Source: an uncultured Acidobacteriota bacterium (GTDB taxonomy: Bacteria; Acidobacteriota; Thermoanaerobaculia; UBA5066). From it: DNA of 64,000 bases. The stretch covers positions 2,016,001 to 2,080,000 of the forward strand of contig CAVZYA010000001.1 in the NCBI GenBank assembly GCA_963779415.1, written 5' to 3'. The translations under genes were made by a program, and so were the position numbers. The first letter of the stretch is position 1. Each line of letters starts with the position of its first letter. The notes below the pieces were generated by a model that saw nothing but the letters and a program-made list of their open reading frames with translations, did not search any database and was not told where the DNA came from. Below, piece by piece: positions 29,543-40,333 of this stretch.

Positions 29543-30619
29543 ATGCCTCACCTCTTCGACCCCCTGACGCTCCGCGGCGCGACGTTTCGGAACCGGATCG
29601 GCGTCTCGCCGATGTGCCAGTACAGCTGCCTGGACGGCCTCGCGACGGACTGGCACCTCGTCCACCTCGGCTCGCGCGCCGTCGGCGGCGCCGGCCTCGT
29701 GATGGTCGAGGCCACCGCGGTCGAGGCGCGCGGCCGGATTTCCCCCGCCGACATGGGCCTCTGGTCCGACGCGCACATCGAGCCCCTCGCGCGGATCGCG
29801 CGATTCGTCTCGGAGCAGGGGGCCGTCCCCGGCATCCAGCTTGCCCACGCCGGGCGGAAGGCCTCCACCGCCGTGCCGTGGGCGGGAAGCGGTCCCGTCG
29901 CCGACGCCGACGGCGGGTGGCAGGCGATCGCTCCGAGCGCGATCCCGTTCTCTCCGAAGGACCGGACCCCCGCGGAGATGACGGCGGCCGACATCGCCGC
30001 AATCCTCGACGCTTTCCGGAAAGCGACGATTCGCGCGAAGGAAGCCGGGTTCGGCCTCGTCGAGCTGCACGCCGCGCACGGCTACCTCGCGCACAGCTTT
30101 CTCTCGCCCCTCTCGAACCGCCGGACGGACTCGTACGGCGGCCCCTTCGAGAACCGGACTCGCTTCGCTCTCGAGGCGCTCGGCGCCATTCGCTCGGCGT
30201 GGCCGGACGAGAAGCCGGTCTCGGTCCGTCTCTCGTGCACCGACTGGGCGGACGGAGGCTGGACGCTCGAGGACTCCGTCGCCCTCGCCCGCCGCCTGAA
30301 GGATGAGGGCGCCGATCTCGTCGACTGCAGCTCGGGAGGCCTCGTCCCCGACGCGAAGGTTCCCGTCGGCGCCGGCTACCAGGTTCCGCTCGCCGAGGCG
30401 GTCCGCCGCGGCGCCGGGATCCCCACCGCCGCCGTCGGGCTGATCACCGAGCCGATGCAGGCGGACGAGATCGTCCGGAACGGGCGGGCCGACCTCGTTC
30501 TCCTCGCGCGCGAGGAGCTGCGGAGCCCTTACTGGCCGATCCACGCGGCCCGAGTCCTCGGCCAGACGAAGAGCCTCCGCATTCCGCCCCCGTACTGGAG
30601 AGGGATTCCTCCGGCCTGA
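29543..30619 (+). CDS. namA: NADH:flavin oxidoreductase / old yellow enzyme (YqjM/NamA-type)
   Basis: NRIGVSPMCQYS, QLAHAGRKAS, HAAHGYL, SPLSNRRTDSYGG and ARE.LR.PYW. Confidence 0.9.
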   Translation: MPHLFDPLTLRGATFRNRIGVSPMCQYSCLDGLATDWHLVHLGSRAVGGAGLVMVEATAVEARGRISPADMGLWSDAHIEPLARIARFVSEQGAVPGIQLAHAGRKASTAVPWAGSGPVADADGGWQAIAPSAIPFSPKDRTPAEMTAADIAAILDAFRKATIRAKEAGFGLVELHAAHGYLAHSFLSPLSNRRTDSYGGPFENRTRFALEALGAIRSAWPDEKPVSVRLSCTDWADGGWTLEDSVALARRLKDEGADLVDCSSGGLVPDAKVPVGAGYQVPLAEAVRRGAGIPTAAVGLITEPMQADEIVRNGRADLVLLAREELRSPYWPIHAARVLGQTKSLRIPPPYWRGIPPA

Positions 30620-30697
30620 CGAGGGCTCCGGAGCCGGCGACCTTTTCCTGGAATCGCCGCGCGACGAGGCCTCTTTGTGACGCGTCTCTCACGCATT

Positions 30698-30713
30698 CGG
30701 CGCGGAGATTGCT
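30698..30713 (+). promoter_or_regulatory. Possible sigma-54 (-24/-12) promoter
   Basis: CGGCGCGGAGATTGCT has GG-N10-GC spacing with TTGC, just upstream of the GGAGG SD of the gene at 30738. Confidence 0.4.
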
Positions 30714-30737
30714 AACCTTCCGGGCGGAGGACCGCCC

Positions 30738-31355
30738 ATGAGCCGAAATCGACGCGCTCTCGCTCCGGCATTCGCCATCGCCGCGCTTCTCGCGCTGCCC
30801 GCGGGTGGAGACGCTCAGGAACCGCCGGCCGCCAAGCCGACGCCCGCCCCGACGCCGAGGGACCAGTGGACCGAGATGAGGCTGGACGCGAGGAGAAAGG
30901 TGATCGACGCCATGGCGGGCGAGACGCTGGAGAGGCTGACGATCCGCGAGCCGAAGGCGAAGGAGCTTCTGGAGAAGGCGTACGGCTGGGCCGTCTTCGA
31001 CAGCTTCAAGTTCGGGATCGGTCTCTCGGGCGCCGGCGGAAGCGGCGTCGCGGTCGAGCGCGCGAGCGGAAAGCGGACCTACATGAAGATGGGGAGCGCC
31101 GGGATCGGCCTGACGCTCGGCGGACAGAGGTACCGTGTCGTCTTCCTGATGCAGGACAGCGAGACCTTCGAGCGGTTCGTGACGAAGGGGTGGTACGCCG
31201 ACGCATCCGCCCGCGCCGCCGCCGGCAAGGAAGGGGGCGCCTCGGGAACCGCTTTCGTGAACGGACTCGCGATCTACCAGCTCAACGACGCGGGCCTGAT
31301 GGCGAGCGTCGACATCTCCTCGACCTGGTACTCGAAGGATGACGAACTGAACTGA
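30738..31355 (+). CDS. Exported SYLF/YSC84-like protein
   Basis: Signal peptide; AYGWAVF, GGSGVA, GIGLTLGGQ.Y..VFL and GLMASV. Confidence 0.8.
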   Translation: MSRNRRALAPAFAIAALLALPAGGDAQEPPAAKPTPAPTPRDQWTEMRLDARRKVIDAMAGETLERLTIREPKAKELLEKAYGWAVFDSFKFGIGLSGAGGSGVAVERASGKRTYMKMGSAGIGLTLGGQRYRVVFLMQDSETFERFVTKGWYADASARAAAGKEGGASGTAFVNGLAIYQLNDAGLMASVDISSTWYSKDDELN

Positions 31356-31372
31356 TCGCCATCTCCCGGGGT

Positions 31373-33313
31373 GTGATGAACGGCCCTCCCGCAATCTCGC
31401 GCCGGCGGATGCTCCTCGGAATCGCGGCTCTCCTCGTCCTGTCCGTGGCGCTTTCGTGGGGTGCCGGTCGGACCGAGAGCCTGACGATGGACGAGCCGGT
31501 CCATCTGACGGCCGGCGCGAGCGCCCTCGCCACGGGAGACTTCCGGCTGAACCCCGAGCACCCCCCCCTCGCAAAGGTCTGGGCGGCGCTCCCCCTCCTC
31601 CTCGTTCGGCACGTCCCGTTCGGTCCCGCGAGTCCCGGATTCGGGGACGGCGACGCGGCCGCGGCCGCGCGCGACTGGCTCGGCAGGCGGAACGACGGCA
31701 CCTCTCTCGTTCAGGCCCCCCGGGCGGCGATGCTCCTCCTGACGACGCTCTTCCTCGCCGCCGTCGCCGCCACGATTCACCGGCTCTTCGGCGCCGGTCC
31801 CGCCCTCCTCGGTCTCGGCGTGGCCGCCCTCGACCCGACGATCCTCTCCCACGGCCATTACGTCACGACGGACATCCCCGTGTCGCTCTTCGCCCTTCTG
31901 ACAATCGGGACCTTCGCCGCGTGGATCGAGAAACCCGGAGCCGCGCGCTTCGGACTCTTCGCGCTGGCTCTCGCCGCTTCCGCTCTGACGAAGTTCTCGT
32001 GGGTTCTCCTCCTTCCCGCGCTCGCCCTGATGGCTGCCGCGGCCGGACTGCCGCAAAGATGCGTCGGCGGTCCTCGTTCCTCGCCTGCCGCCTCGTTCGG
32101 CGCGCTCGCCGGCGCCCTCGTCGTCGTCGTTGCCGCGATCTGGGGCGCCTACCTCTTCCGCTTCTCCCCCTTCCGCCCCGATCTCGCGATCCCGTCGACG
32201 AAGCCCGCCCCTGTCGTCCGGACCGGGCTTGCCCCGGGACAGCTCGACGAGGCGTGGCGCGAGGTTTCCCACGACTGGGACGGCCAGCTCCGCACCGGGA
32301 TCGTGGACGTCGTCGTCCGCGGGATGCGCGACCGGAAGCTTCTTCCCGAGGCGTATCTCTACGGATTCGCCTACGCGCGCCACTGGGCGGACGCGCGGAA
32401 GACGTATCTCATGGGGCGCTTCTCGTCGAAGGGCTTTCGGGCCTACTTCCCCGTCGCGGTCGCCGTCAAGACACCGCTCGTCTCCCTTCTTCTTGCCGTT
32501 CTGGGAATCGCGGCGATTCTCCTGAAGAAGGTTCGGCCTCCGGGGAGCCCGATCCTCGCCGTCGGCATCTTCGGCTTCGCCGCCTTCTACCTCTTCGTGG
32601 CCATCGCCGGAAACCTGGACATCGGCATTCGCCATCTCCTCCCGGCTTTCCCCGCTCTTTTCGCCCTCGCGGGGGGGGCCGCTGCCTGGGGCCGAGGCCG
32701 TGCCGGGCGGATCGCGATCGGCCTTCTCGCGGCCCTTCTCCTCGCGACGGCGCTTCATGCCTATCCCTTCTATCTCGGTTACTTCAACGAGGTCGCTGGC
32801 GGCTGGCAGAACGGGCATCGCTGGCTGGTCGACAGCAACCTCGACTGGAATCAGGATCTCCTCCGTCTGCGCGATTACCAGAGGGCTCATCCGGAGGAGC
32901 GCCTCGTCCTCCTCCGCTACGGCAGCGGCCGCCCCTTCCCCTCGGGTCTGTCCGTCGAGCCTCTCGCCGCGGAAGGCGACGAGACGGCTTTCGCGCCGCT
33001 CGGCCCCGGCACGTATGTCGTGTCGGCCACGATGCTCGTCGGCACCCTTCAGCCGATCGTGCGCCCCGAAACCTGGGAACGATCCGACGTCAGGGAGAGA
33101 TACCGCTCCCTCTGGAGCCGCTTCTTCGCTTCCGCCCCGTCCCCGCCCGGAAACGGGCCGTCCGGACGCGACCGCCTCGTCTTCGAGGGAATGCGTCGCG
33201 GCCTCCTCGTCATGCGTCTCGGCGCCCGGGCCCCCGATCTCCGCCTCGGCACCGGGCTCTTCGTCTACCGGCTTCGCGAGCCGGAGATCGCCGACCTGAC
33301 GCGGCCCGAGTAA
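31373..33313 (+). CDS. GT-C membrane glycosyltransferase (GT39/ArnT-like)
   Basis: TMDEPVH, NPEHPPLAK, HGHYVTTD, LTKFS, IGIRHLLP and DSNLDWNQDL. Confidence 0.82.
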   Translation: MMNGPPAISRRRMLLGIAALLVLSVALSWGAGRTESLTMDEPVHLTAGASALATGDFRLNPEHPPLAKVWAALPLLLVRHVPFGPASPGFGDGDAAAAARDWLGRRNDGTSLVQAPRAAMLLLTTLFLAAVAATIHRLFGAGPALLGLGVAALDPTILSHGHYVTTDIPVSLFALLTIGTFAAWIEKPGAARFGLFALALAASALTKFSWVLLLPALALMAAAAGLPQRCVGGPRSSPAASFGALAGALVVVVAAIWGAYLFRFSPFRPDLAIPSTKPAPVVRTGLAPGQLDEAWREVSHDWDGQLRTGIVDVVVRGMRDRKLLPEAYLYGFAYARHWADARKTYLMGRFSSKGFRAYFPVAVAVKTPLVSLLLAVLGIAAILLKKVRPPGSPILAVGIFGFAAFYLFVAIAGNLDIGIRHLLPAFPALFALAGGAAAWGRGRAGRIAIGLLAALLLATALHAYPFYLGYFNEVAGGWQNGHRWLVDSNLDWNQDLLRLRDYQRAHPEERLVLLRYGSGRPFPSGLSVEPLAAEGDETAFAPLGPGTYVVSATMLVGTLQPIVRPETWERSDVRERYRSLWSRFFASAPSPPGNGPSGRDRLVFEGMRRGLLVMRLGARAPDLRLGTGLFVYRLREPEIADLTRPE

Positions 33314-33371
33314 GGACACCGCCGACGCCATGGGTCGCCGCGCGCCGATGCGCTACGCTCTCTTCCGGCTC

Positions 33372-35003
33372 ATGACCATCCGACGGTACCTCCCCATCGG
33401 GCGCCTGTCCCTCGCCGCGCTCGCTCTTTTCCTCGCCTCCGCGCAGGCCGGCGCGCAGTTGCCGTCCCTTCTTCCGACGCCGACGCCATCGTCCTCCGCC
33501 GAGGCACCGGGAGACCCGTACCGGCGCGAGACGCCGCGCGGCACCTTTCTCGGCTTCATCCAGGCGGCGCAACGGTCGAACTGGGCCGCGGCCGCGGAAT
33601 TCCTCCAGGTCCGCGGAAATCCGACCCCGGCGGCCCGGGAGGCGCTGGCGCGGCAGCTCGAGGCGGTGCTGAACCAGGCATTCTCGGGCGACATCCAGAG
33701 ACTCGCCGGATCGGCCGCCGGCAACCTCGCGGACGGACTCCCGCCCGACGTCGATCGGGCCGGGGAGATCACCGTCGGTGACGTCACGGTCGACGTCCTC
33801 CTCGTCCGCGAGACCCCGGCCGAAGGGCCCCCGATCTGGCTCTTCTCCTCCCAGACGCTCCGCGACGTCCCGCGTCTCTACCACGAGCTGAACGTCCCGG
33901 AGATCGAGGAGAAGGTTCCGGAGTTCCTCCGGAAGCCGGTGGGACCCCTCCGGCTCTGGCAGCTGATCGGCTTCTTCATCCTCGTCCCCCTCTACTTTCT
34001 CGTCTCCTGGTTCGGACTTCATTTCGCCATGAAGCCTCTCCGGCGCCGGCTGGAGAAGCACGGCCGGCAGGGGGACCTTCGCGAGGCGCTCAAGAGGGCG
34101 CAGCCGCCTCTCGCCCTGCTTCTCGCCCTCGCTCTGCACCGCGTATTCGTTCCCTATCTCTCGCTCCCGCTCCTCTTCCGCTACCGCTACGGCCAGTGGT
34201 TCCAGGTCTCGCTCGTAGCGGCCTCGGCCTGGCTCTTCCTCCGGTTGATCGACGTTTTCTCGGGGACGGCCCGGGATCGCTTCGCGGCGGCCGGCTCCTC
34301 GGCCGTCCCGACGATCACGCTCGGCCGGAGGATCCTGAAAGGGGCGGTCATTCTCTTCGCGCTCCTCGCGGGGCTCTCCGCCCTCGGGGTGAATCTCACG
34401 GCGGCCCTCGCCGGCCTCGGCATCGGCGGCCTCGCCTTCGCTTTCGCGGCGAAGACGAGCATCGAGAACATCTTCGGCGGCTTCACCGTCCTCGGAGACA
34501 AGATCCTCCGGGTGGGCGACGCCTGCCGGATCGGGGCCGTCGCCGGGACCGTCGAGGACATCACGCTCTTCGCGACGCGCCTCCGGACGCCCGAGAGGAC
34601 CATCGTCTCGATCCCGAACGGCACGCTCCTGACCCGGGAAATCGAGAACCTCTCGAGCCGCGACCGCTTCCTCTTCAGCCACGTCCTCGGCTTTCGGTAC
34701 GAAACGACGCCGGCGCAGCTGAAAGCCCTGCTCGAGTCCCTTCGAAAGGTCCTCGCCGACCACCCGCGCGTCACGCCCGAGGAGTGCCGCGTCCGGCTCC
34801 TCCGCTTCGGAGCCTCCTCGCTCGACATCGAGCTGCGCGCCTACGTCCTCGCGGCCGATTTCGCGGGCTTCCTCGAGGTGCAGGAGGAGCTTCTCTTTCT
34901 CCTCCTCGAATCCGTCGCCGCCGTGGGGGCGGGCATCGCGTTCCCGTCGCAGATTCTCTACCTCGGGAAGGACTCGCCCCCGGCCTCCTCCTCCCCCGCC
35001 TGA
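33372..35003 (+). CDS. MscS-family mechanosensitive channel with periplasmic N-terminal domain
   Basis: RETPRGT N-domain; LAGLGIGGLAFAFAA, VGD, GTVEDI, IPNG and FGASSLDIE; alternative start at 33330. Confidence 0.88.
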   Translation: MTIRRYLPIGRLSLAALALFLASAQAGAQLPSLLPTPTPSSSAEAPGDPYRRETPRGTFLGFIQAAQRSNWAAAAEFLQVRGNPTPAAREALARQLEAVLNQAFSGDIQRLAGSAAGNLADGLPPDVDRAGEITVGDVTVDVLLVRETPAEGPPIWLFSSQTLRDVPRLYHELNVPEIEEKVPEFLRKPVGPLRLWQLIGFFILVPLYFLVSWFGLHFAMKPLRRRLEKHGRQGDLREALKRAQPPLALLLALALHRVFVPYLSLPLLFRYRYGQWFQVSLVAASAWLFLRLIDVFSGTARDRFAAAGSSAVPTITLGRRILKGAVILFALLAGLSALGVNLTAALAGLGIGGLAFAFAAKTSIENIFGGFTVLGDKILRVGDACRIGAVAGTVEDITLFATRLRTPERTIVSIPNGTLLTREIENLSSRDRFLFSHVLGFRYETTPAQLKALLESLRKVLADHPRVTPEECRVRLLRFGASSLDIELRAYVLAADFAGFLEVQEELLFLLLESVAAVGAGIAFPSQILYLGKDSPPASSSPA

Positions 35004-36988
35004 GGCGCCCGCACCGCCGGTGCTTCGAGCCGGGCGACGGCGTGCGTCAGGTCCTCGTGGGCGCCGACGAGGACGATCGTGTCGCCCGCGGCGACGATCC
35101 AGTCCGGCGGCGGCGGGGCGTGGGGTACGCCGTCCCGGAGGACCGCCGGTACCGCGACGTGGTCGACGGCGAGGTCGAGGGCCGCGAGCGTCTTCCCGTC
35201 GGCCGCCGTGTCGGGCATGACGAGGAAGAGCTCGCTCGTCCCGGCGGCGACGAGGGCCGAAAGCCGCCGCCCTCCCGCCGTCCGCGCCCGCGGGTCGCGG
35301 AGCTTCCGGTAGGCCTCGTCGCGGAGAAGGCGGATCTGCGTCCCGATGACGTTTCCGGGGACGCGGAGGAGGTGGAGGACGCGCGAGACGAGCTCGATGG
35401 AGGTCTCGTACTCCTCCGGGATCACCTCGTCGGCCCCGACGGCCCGGAGCGCGTCCACCTCGCGGACGTACCGCGTCCGGACGATGACCCGCGCCTCCCG
35501 GGTTCTTCTGCCGGAAGAGGCGGACGACGCGGCGTGCCGCGTCGGGATCGGGAATCGTCACGACGATGCCGAGCGCCCGCGCGGCGCCCGCGGCCTCGAG
35601 CCCCTCGGCCCCCGTCGCGTCGGCACGCACCGTCCGGAGCCCCTCCCGCCGCGCCTCGGCGATCCGCTCCATGTCGACGTCGACGACGACGTACGGAATC
35701 CGCGTCTCGTGAAGGACGCGCGCCACGTTCGTTCCGTTCAGGCCCGCTCCCACCACGAGGAGATGCCGGACGAGACGCACCTCTTCGTCCCCGGACGGCG
35801 CCTCGACCCGCTCCGGGAGCCGGACCGCGATGCGCGGCCCCGCGGCGACGAGGAACGGGCACGAGCGCCATCGTCAGGACGGCCGCCGCCACGACGATCT
35901 GGCCGGTGTCCGGGGAGAGGAGCCCCAGGGGCTCGGCCGCCCGCGAAAGGAGGAACGAGAACTCACCGATCGAGGCGAGGGCGAGCGCCGCCCGGAGCGA
36001 CGTCCTCGGGACGACGCCCGCGAGCGTGAGCCCGAAGAAGGCGGTCACCGTCTTCAGGACGACGAGCAGCGCGACCGCCCCCGACCACCAGGAGCGGGCG
36101 CTCGGCGAGATGCGCCGGTGAGAGGAGCATCCCGACCGAGACGAAGAAGAGGCTCGACAGGAGGTCCCGGACCGGGGCGAGGGTGGCCGCGACCTCGTGG
36201 ACGTGGTCGCTCTCGCCGAGGACGATGCCGGCGGCGAACGCGCCCATCGCCGCCGAGACGCCGGCCCGCTCCCCCGCCATGATCATCCCGAGGACGAGGA
36301 CGACGACCGCGCCCGTGAAGATCTCGCGGCTTCCCATCCGCGCGACGCCGTCGAGAAGGCGCGGCGCGACGTTCCGGGCCACGGCCACGAGAAGGACGAC
36401 GCCGGCCACCGCGAGGGCGACCCGCGAGAGGACGCCGAGGAGCGACGCTCCCGCCGCTCCAGTCCCCGGAGCCACCGCGAGGGCCGGCAGGAGGAGGAGG
36501 ATCGGAATGACGGCGAGGTCCTGGAAGAGGGCGACGGCGAGGAAGGTCCGGCCGTACGGGCTCGCCAGCTCGTCACGCTCCTTCAGGATCGGGAGGACGA
36601 CGGCCGTCGACGAGACGGAGACGAGGAGGCCGAGAAAGAGCGCCACGTTCGGCGGGCTTCCCCACGCGAGCGCCGCTCCTCCGGCCGCCGCGGCCGCGAG
36701 CGTCATCTGAAGCGCGCCGCCGAGGAGCGACGTCTTCCCGAGCGCCCGGAGCCTCCGGAGCGGGAACTCGAGGCCGACGAAGAAGAGGATCAGGGCGACG
36801 CCGAACTCGGCCACCGCCTCGACGCGCGACGCTTCCCGGACCCAGCCGAGAGCATGGGGCCCGAGGGCGACGCCGGTCACGAGGAACCCGACGATCTGGG
36901 GAAGCTTCAGCCGCCGGCAGACCCAGAGGACCGGAAACGACGCCGCGAGGACGACGATCAGGTCCCGGAGGAAGGCGCTCGCGACCAC
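34958..36988 (-). CDS. CPA2-family cation/H+ antiporter with TrkA-N and TrkA-C (RCK) domains, frameshifted
   Basis: IVGFLVTGVALGP, AEFGVALILFFVGLE, SSTAVV, LFQD and FFVSVGM; VVGAGLNG (TrkA-N); split over several frames. Confidence 0.85.
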
Positions 36989-37032
36989 GCCCGCAGTATA
37001 GGAACGGCTCTGTCAGAATCGGAGGCGAAGCG

Positions 37033-39072
37033 ATGACGCTGACGAAGACTTTCCGCCGGAGCGGCCTCGTCGTCCTCGCCGGCGTCGTCCTCCTCGTCGC
37101 GGGGGCGGCCGGCGTCCGGGGCGGCTTCTGGACGCCCGTGGGGATCGTCTTTCTGCTCCTCGCAGGGCCCGTCTTCCTCGTCAGCCTCTTCCGCCATCTG
37201 ATGCGCGGCCTCCTCTGGAGGGTCGGGACCCGGCTTCTCGTTTCGTATCTCCTCCTCGTCCTTCCGATCCTCTTTCTCGTCGTCGTGGCGTACGCCGGCG
37301 TCTGGCTCGTCGCGGCACAGGTGGCCGGAAAACGCGTGGAGCAGGCGCTCGAGAAGAGGCGCGACATCCTCCAGACGACGGCCCGCCTCCTGGCGGACCG
37401 TTTCGGGGAGACCGCCTCGCCGGAGGCGCACAAGGCCGCGTTCGAGGAGCTGACCGCTCCCGTTCGCACCCTCGGGGACGTCGGATACGACTACGTTCCC
37501 GAAGGCGGGAAGGAAGAGTCGCAGGGGACGCCGGGCGGCGTCTCGCTCCTCCCCCGGGCCTGGCTCCCGGCTCTCCCGTCGTTCTTCATCGGCCACGACG
37601 GCTCGCAGGATTTCTTCGCCGCGGTCGAGCGGCGCCGGAGCGGAACGCTCGTCCTCACGCTTCGGACGGGAACGTCCTTCCGGATGGCGATCGAACGCGA
37701 GCTCGGGATGAAGATCGACGTCCGGCGGGCGCGGCAGCTCCCCGGGAACGCGCCCTCCGCCACGGGGAAGACGACGCTCTCCGTCGGCAACCAGCGCTTC
37801 GACCTCGAACGGACCGAGGGAGACGGCGCGGAAGCGGCCACCCCCCCCGCGGCCGGCGCGCCGCGGGCCGGATCGGGCCCGATCTACGGGCGTTGGGTTC
37901 TCTATCCCGTCTCTCTCGCCGTCGACCTCGTCGACTGGTCGACCGGCGCGCCACTCCCCGAGGAGCGGATCGTCCTCCTCCTCCACACGTCCATCGCCGA
38001 CGAGGCCCGGGCGCTCTTCGGCGAGATACGGATCGGGAGGACCGCGACACCCTCCTCCGACGTCGCCCTCGCCGTCATGAAAGGCCTCGGAATCGCCGCC
38101 CTCGTCGTCTTCGCCCTCGCGACGCTTCTCGCGGCCGTCCTCGCCCTTCGGATCTCCCGGGCGACACGGCGCCTCTCGCAGGGGGTCGCCGAGATCGAGA
38201 ATGGAAACTACGCGCACCGCGTCGTTCTCCCCGGAAACGACCAGCTCTCGCGCCTCGTCGACGGATTCAACGAGATGACGTCCCATCTGGAGACAAGCGT
38301 CCGCGAGCGCGCGGAGAAGGCCGCGCTCGAGCACGAGCTGGAGGTGGCGCGGAGCCTCCAGCGCCGTCTGCTTCCGCCGGCCGATTTCTCCTACCCCGGC
38401 GTCGAGATCGCCATCGACTTCCACCCGGCCGCGGCCATCGGCGGCGACTTCTACGACCTCGTGGCGAGCGACCCGCCCGGCGTCCTCACCGTCGTTTTGG
38501 CCGACGTCTCGGGACACGGCCTTCCGACCGGGATCGTCATGGCCTCCGCGAAGGCGTCACTCAGCGCGCTCGTCCAGGCGGGCGCGACCGGTGCCGACCT
38601 TTTCTCGCGCCTCGACGCCGAGGTCACGCGGACGACAGACAGCCGGACCTTCCTGACGATGGCCTATTTGAGATTCTCTTTTGCCGAAAGGCGGATCTTC
38701 CATACGAACGCCGGACATCTCTACCCCTACCGCGTCACCCCGGCGGGCGCCGTCTCCTCCCTCGTGAACCCCGCGCGGCCGCTCGGCCTCGGCCTTCCGG
38801 TCGTCTTCCGCACCGTCGAGGCGCCGCTCGAGGCGGGCGATCTCTGGGTCCTCCTCTCGGATGGAATCGTCGAGGCGACGCGCCCGGAGAGCGACGAGGA
38901 GTTCGGCTTCGTCCGCCTCGAGTCCGTTCTCGCCGGCGCGGCTGGCGATACGGCGGTGGCGACCCGTGACCGGGTCCTCGCCGCATGGCGGGAGTTCACC
39001 GGCGGCGACGAGCCGACGGACGACCGGACCCTCATCGTCCTCCGGATCGGGAGCGGCGGGCCGCATGCGTGA
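37033..39072 (+). CDS. Membrane HAMP-domain SpoIIE/PP2C phosphatase
   Basis: TM helices, HAMP (NDQLSRLVDGFNEM), IGGDFYD, ADVSGHG, NAGH, SDGIVE and DDRT. Confidence 0.88.
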   Translation: MTLTKTFRRSGLVVLAGVVLLVAGAAGVRGGFWTPVGIVFLLLAGPVFLVSLFRHLMRGLLWRVGTRLLVSYLLLVLPILFLVVVAYAGVWLVAAQVAGKRVEQALEKRRDILQTTARLLADRFGETASPEAHKAAFEELTAPVRTLGDVGYDYVPEGGKEESQGTPGGVSLLPRAWLPALPSFFIGHDGSQDFFAAVERRRSGTLVLTLRTGTSFRMAIERELGMKIDVRRARQLPGNAPSATGKTTLSVGNQRFDLERTEGDGAEAATPPAAGAPRAGSGPIYGRWVLYPVSLAVDLVDWSTGAPLPEERIVLLLHTSIADEARALFGEIRIGRTATPSSDVALAVMKGLGIAALVVFALATLLAAVLALRISRATRRLSQGVAEIENGNYAHRVVLPGNDQLSRLVDGFNEMTSHLETSVRERAEKAALEHELEVARSLQRRLLPPADFSYPGVEIAIDFHPAAAIGGDFYDLVASDPPGVLTVVLADVSGHGLPTGIVMASAKASLSALVQAGATGADLFSRLDAEVTRTTDSRTFLTMAYLRFSFAERRIFHTNAGHLYPYRVTPAGAVSSLVNPARPLGLGLPVVFRTVEAPLEAGDLWVLLSDGIVEATRPESDEEFGFVRLESVLAGAAGDTAVATRDRVLAAWREFTGGDEPTDDRTLIVLRIGSGGPHA

Positions 39073-40333
39073 CGGGCGCGACCGCGTCGCCGGGCTCGTG
39101 CTCACCTCGCTCGCCGCGACCGAGGCGGTGATCCAGGCGGGACGCGCCTTCTTCTATCGAAAGCAGGGACTCGACCTCGCGCCGCCCTATCTCGCCGCGA
39201 AGCTCCTCCTTCGCGGGGACCGGCGCTTCTACGACGACGCCGTCGTCGGGGCGGCCGGCTCCGCGCTCGGCATCCACGGCCCGGCGGGGCCGGGAGACCC
39301 CGTTCTCAACTTCATCTATCCGCCCTGGCTCCCCGCGGCGTACGCGCCGCTCGCGCTTCTCCCGTGGGGGGCGGCGCGCCTCGTCTGGTTTCTCTTTTCG
39401 GCCGCAGCCACCGTTCTCGCTCTTCTCCTTCTCGCCCGCGCCACAGCCGGCGACGCGGACGAGGAGCGGGATCTGTCGCACGCGGCTCTTTTCGGTGCGG
39501 CCTTCTTCTTCCCTCTCTTCTACGGCCTGATGACGGGGCAGGCGAACGCCGTGCTGCTGCTGCTCGTTGCCGGCTCGCTTCTCGCTTTCCGGGAGGGGCG
39601 GATGCTCCTCGCGGGGCTTCTCCTCGCCCCGGCGGCGCTCACCAAGCCTTTCCTCGCCTTTCCGGCGCTCGTCTTTCTCGCGCGGCGGGCGTGGGGCGCG
39701 CTCGGGGGGCTGGCGGCGGGCGCCGGGCTCCTCGCGCTTCTCGGGCTCGCCGTCGGCGGGCCACGGGCGTGGCCGGGCTTCTGGGCACAGATCTCGGCGC
39801 ACAACACCCTCCGGACGTACGAGCCGAGAAACCACTCGCTCGCCGCGGCCGCGCTCGCGATCTTCGGACCGGGAGACTCCGTCCAGGCCGTCGTGACGGC
39901 CCCGGCCCTTGCCGCTCCCGCGGCGCTCGCCGGAGCGGTGATCGCCGGCCTTCTGACCTTCCTGGCGCTTCCTCTCCGCTCCCGCGCTTCGGCGGATCCT
40001 GCGCTCGGCTTCGGCGCCGCGCTCGCCCTCGGCCTTCTCCTGACGCCGAAGGCGTGGGAGCACTATGGCGTCTTCCTTCTCCCCGGCTTCCTCGCCGCGT
40101 ACGCCGCCTTCCGGGATGGAGAAGAACGGCCTCCCCGGGCGGTCCTCTTTCTTCTCGGCGCGTCCTTTTCGGTCTGGGCCTTCCTGCTCGTCTCGCAGGA
40201 GGAGTACGCCGCTCTCGTGCGCCGCCCGTACTCGCTCCTCCTCGCCTCCAAGACGGCCGCCACGCTCGCCCTTCTCGGGCTTCTCGCGTGGGCCGCGCGC
40301 CGGTCCGGCGCTTCCGCCCGCGGCGCTTCCTAG
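39065..40333 (+). CDS. GT87/DUF2029 polyprenol-phosphate-sugar glycosyltransferase
   Basis: FIYPP, GQAN, LTKP and AWEHY; highly hydrophobic. Confidence 0.8.
   Translation: MRDGRDRVAGLVLTSLAATEAVIQAGRAFFYRKQGLDLAPPYLAAKLLLRGDRRFYDDAVVGAAGSALGIHGPAGPGDPVLNFIYPPWLPAAYAPLALLPWGAARLVWFLFSAAATVLALLLLARATAGDADEERDLSHAALFGAAFFFPLFYGLMTGQANAVLLLLVAGSLLAFREGRMLLAGLLLAPAALTKPFLAFPALVFLARRAWGALGGLAAGAGLLALLGLAVGGPRAWPGFWAQISAHNTLRTYEPRNHSLAAAALAIFGPGDSVQAVVTAPALAAPAALAGAVIAGLLTFLALPLRSRASADPALGFGAALALGLLLTPKAWEHYGVFLLPGFLAAYAAFRDGEERPPRAVLFLLGASFSVWAFLLVSQEEYAALVRRPYSLLLASKTAATLALLGLLAWAARRSGASARGAS

Noticed and set aside
30676-30693. CRP/FNR-like site TGTGA...TCACG
   Set aside because: The half-site spacing is 8 rather than 6 nt, so the match is weak.
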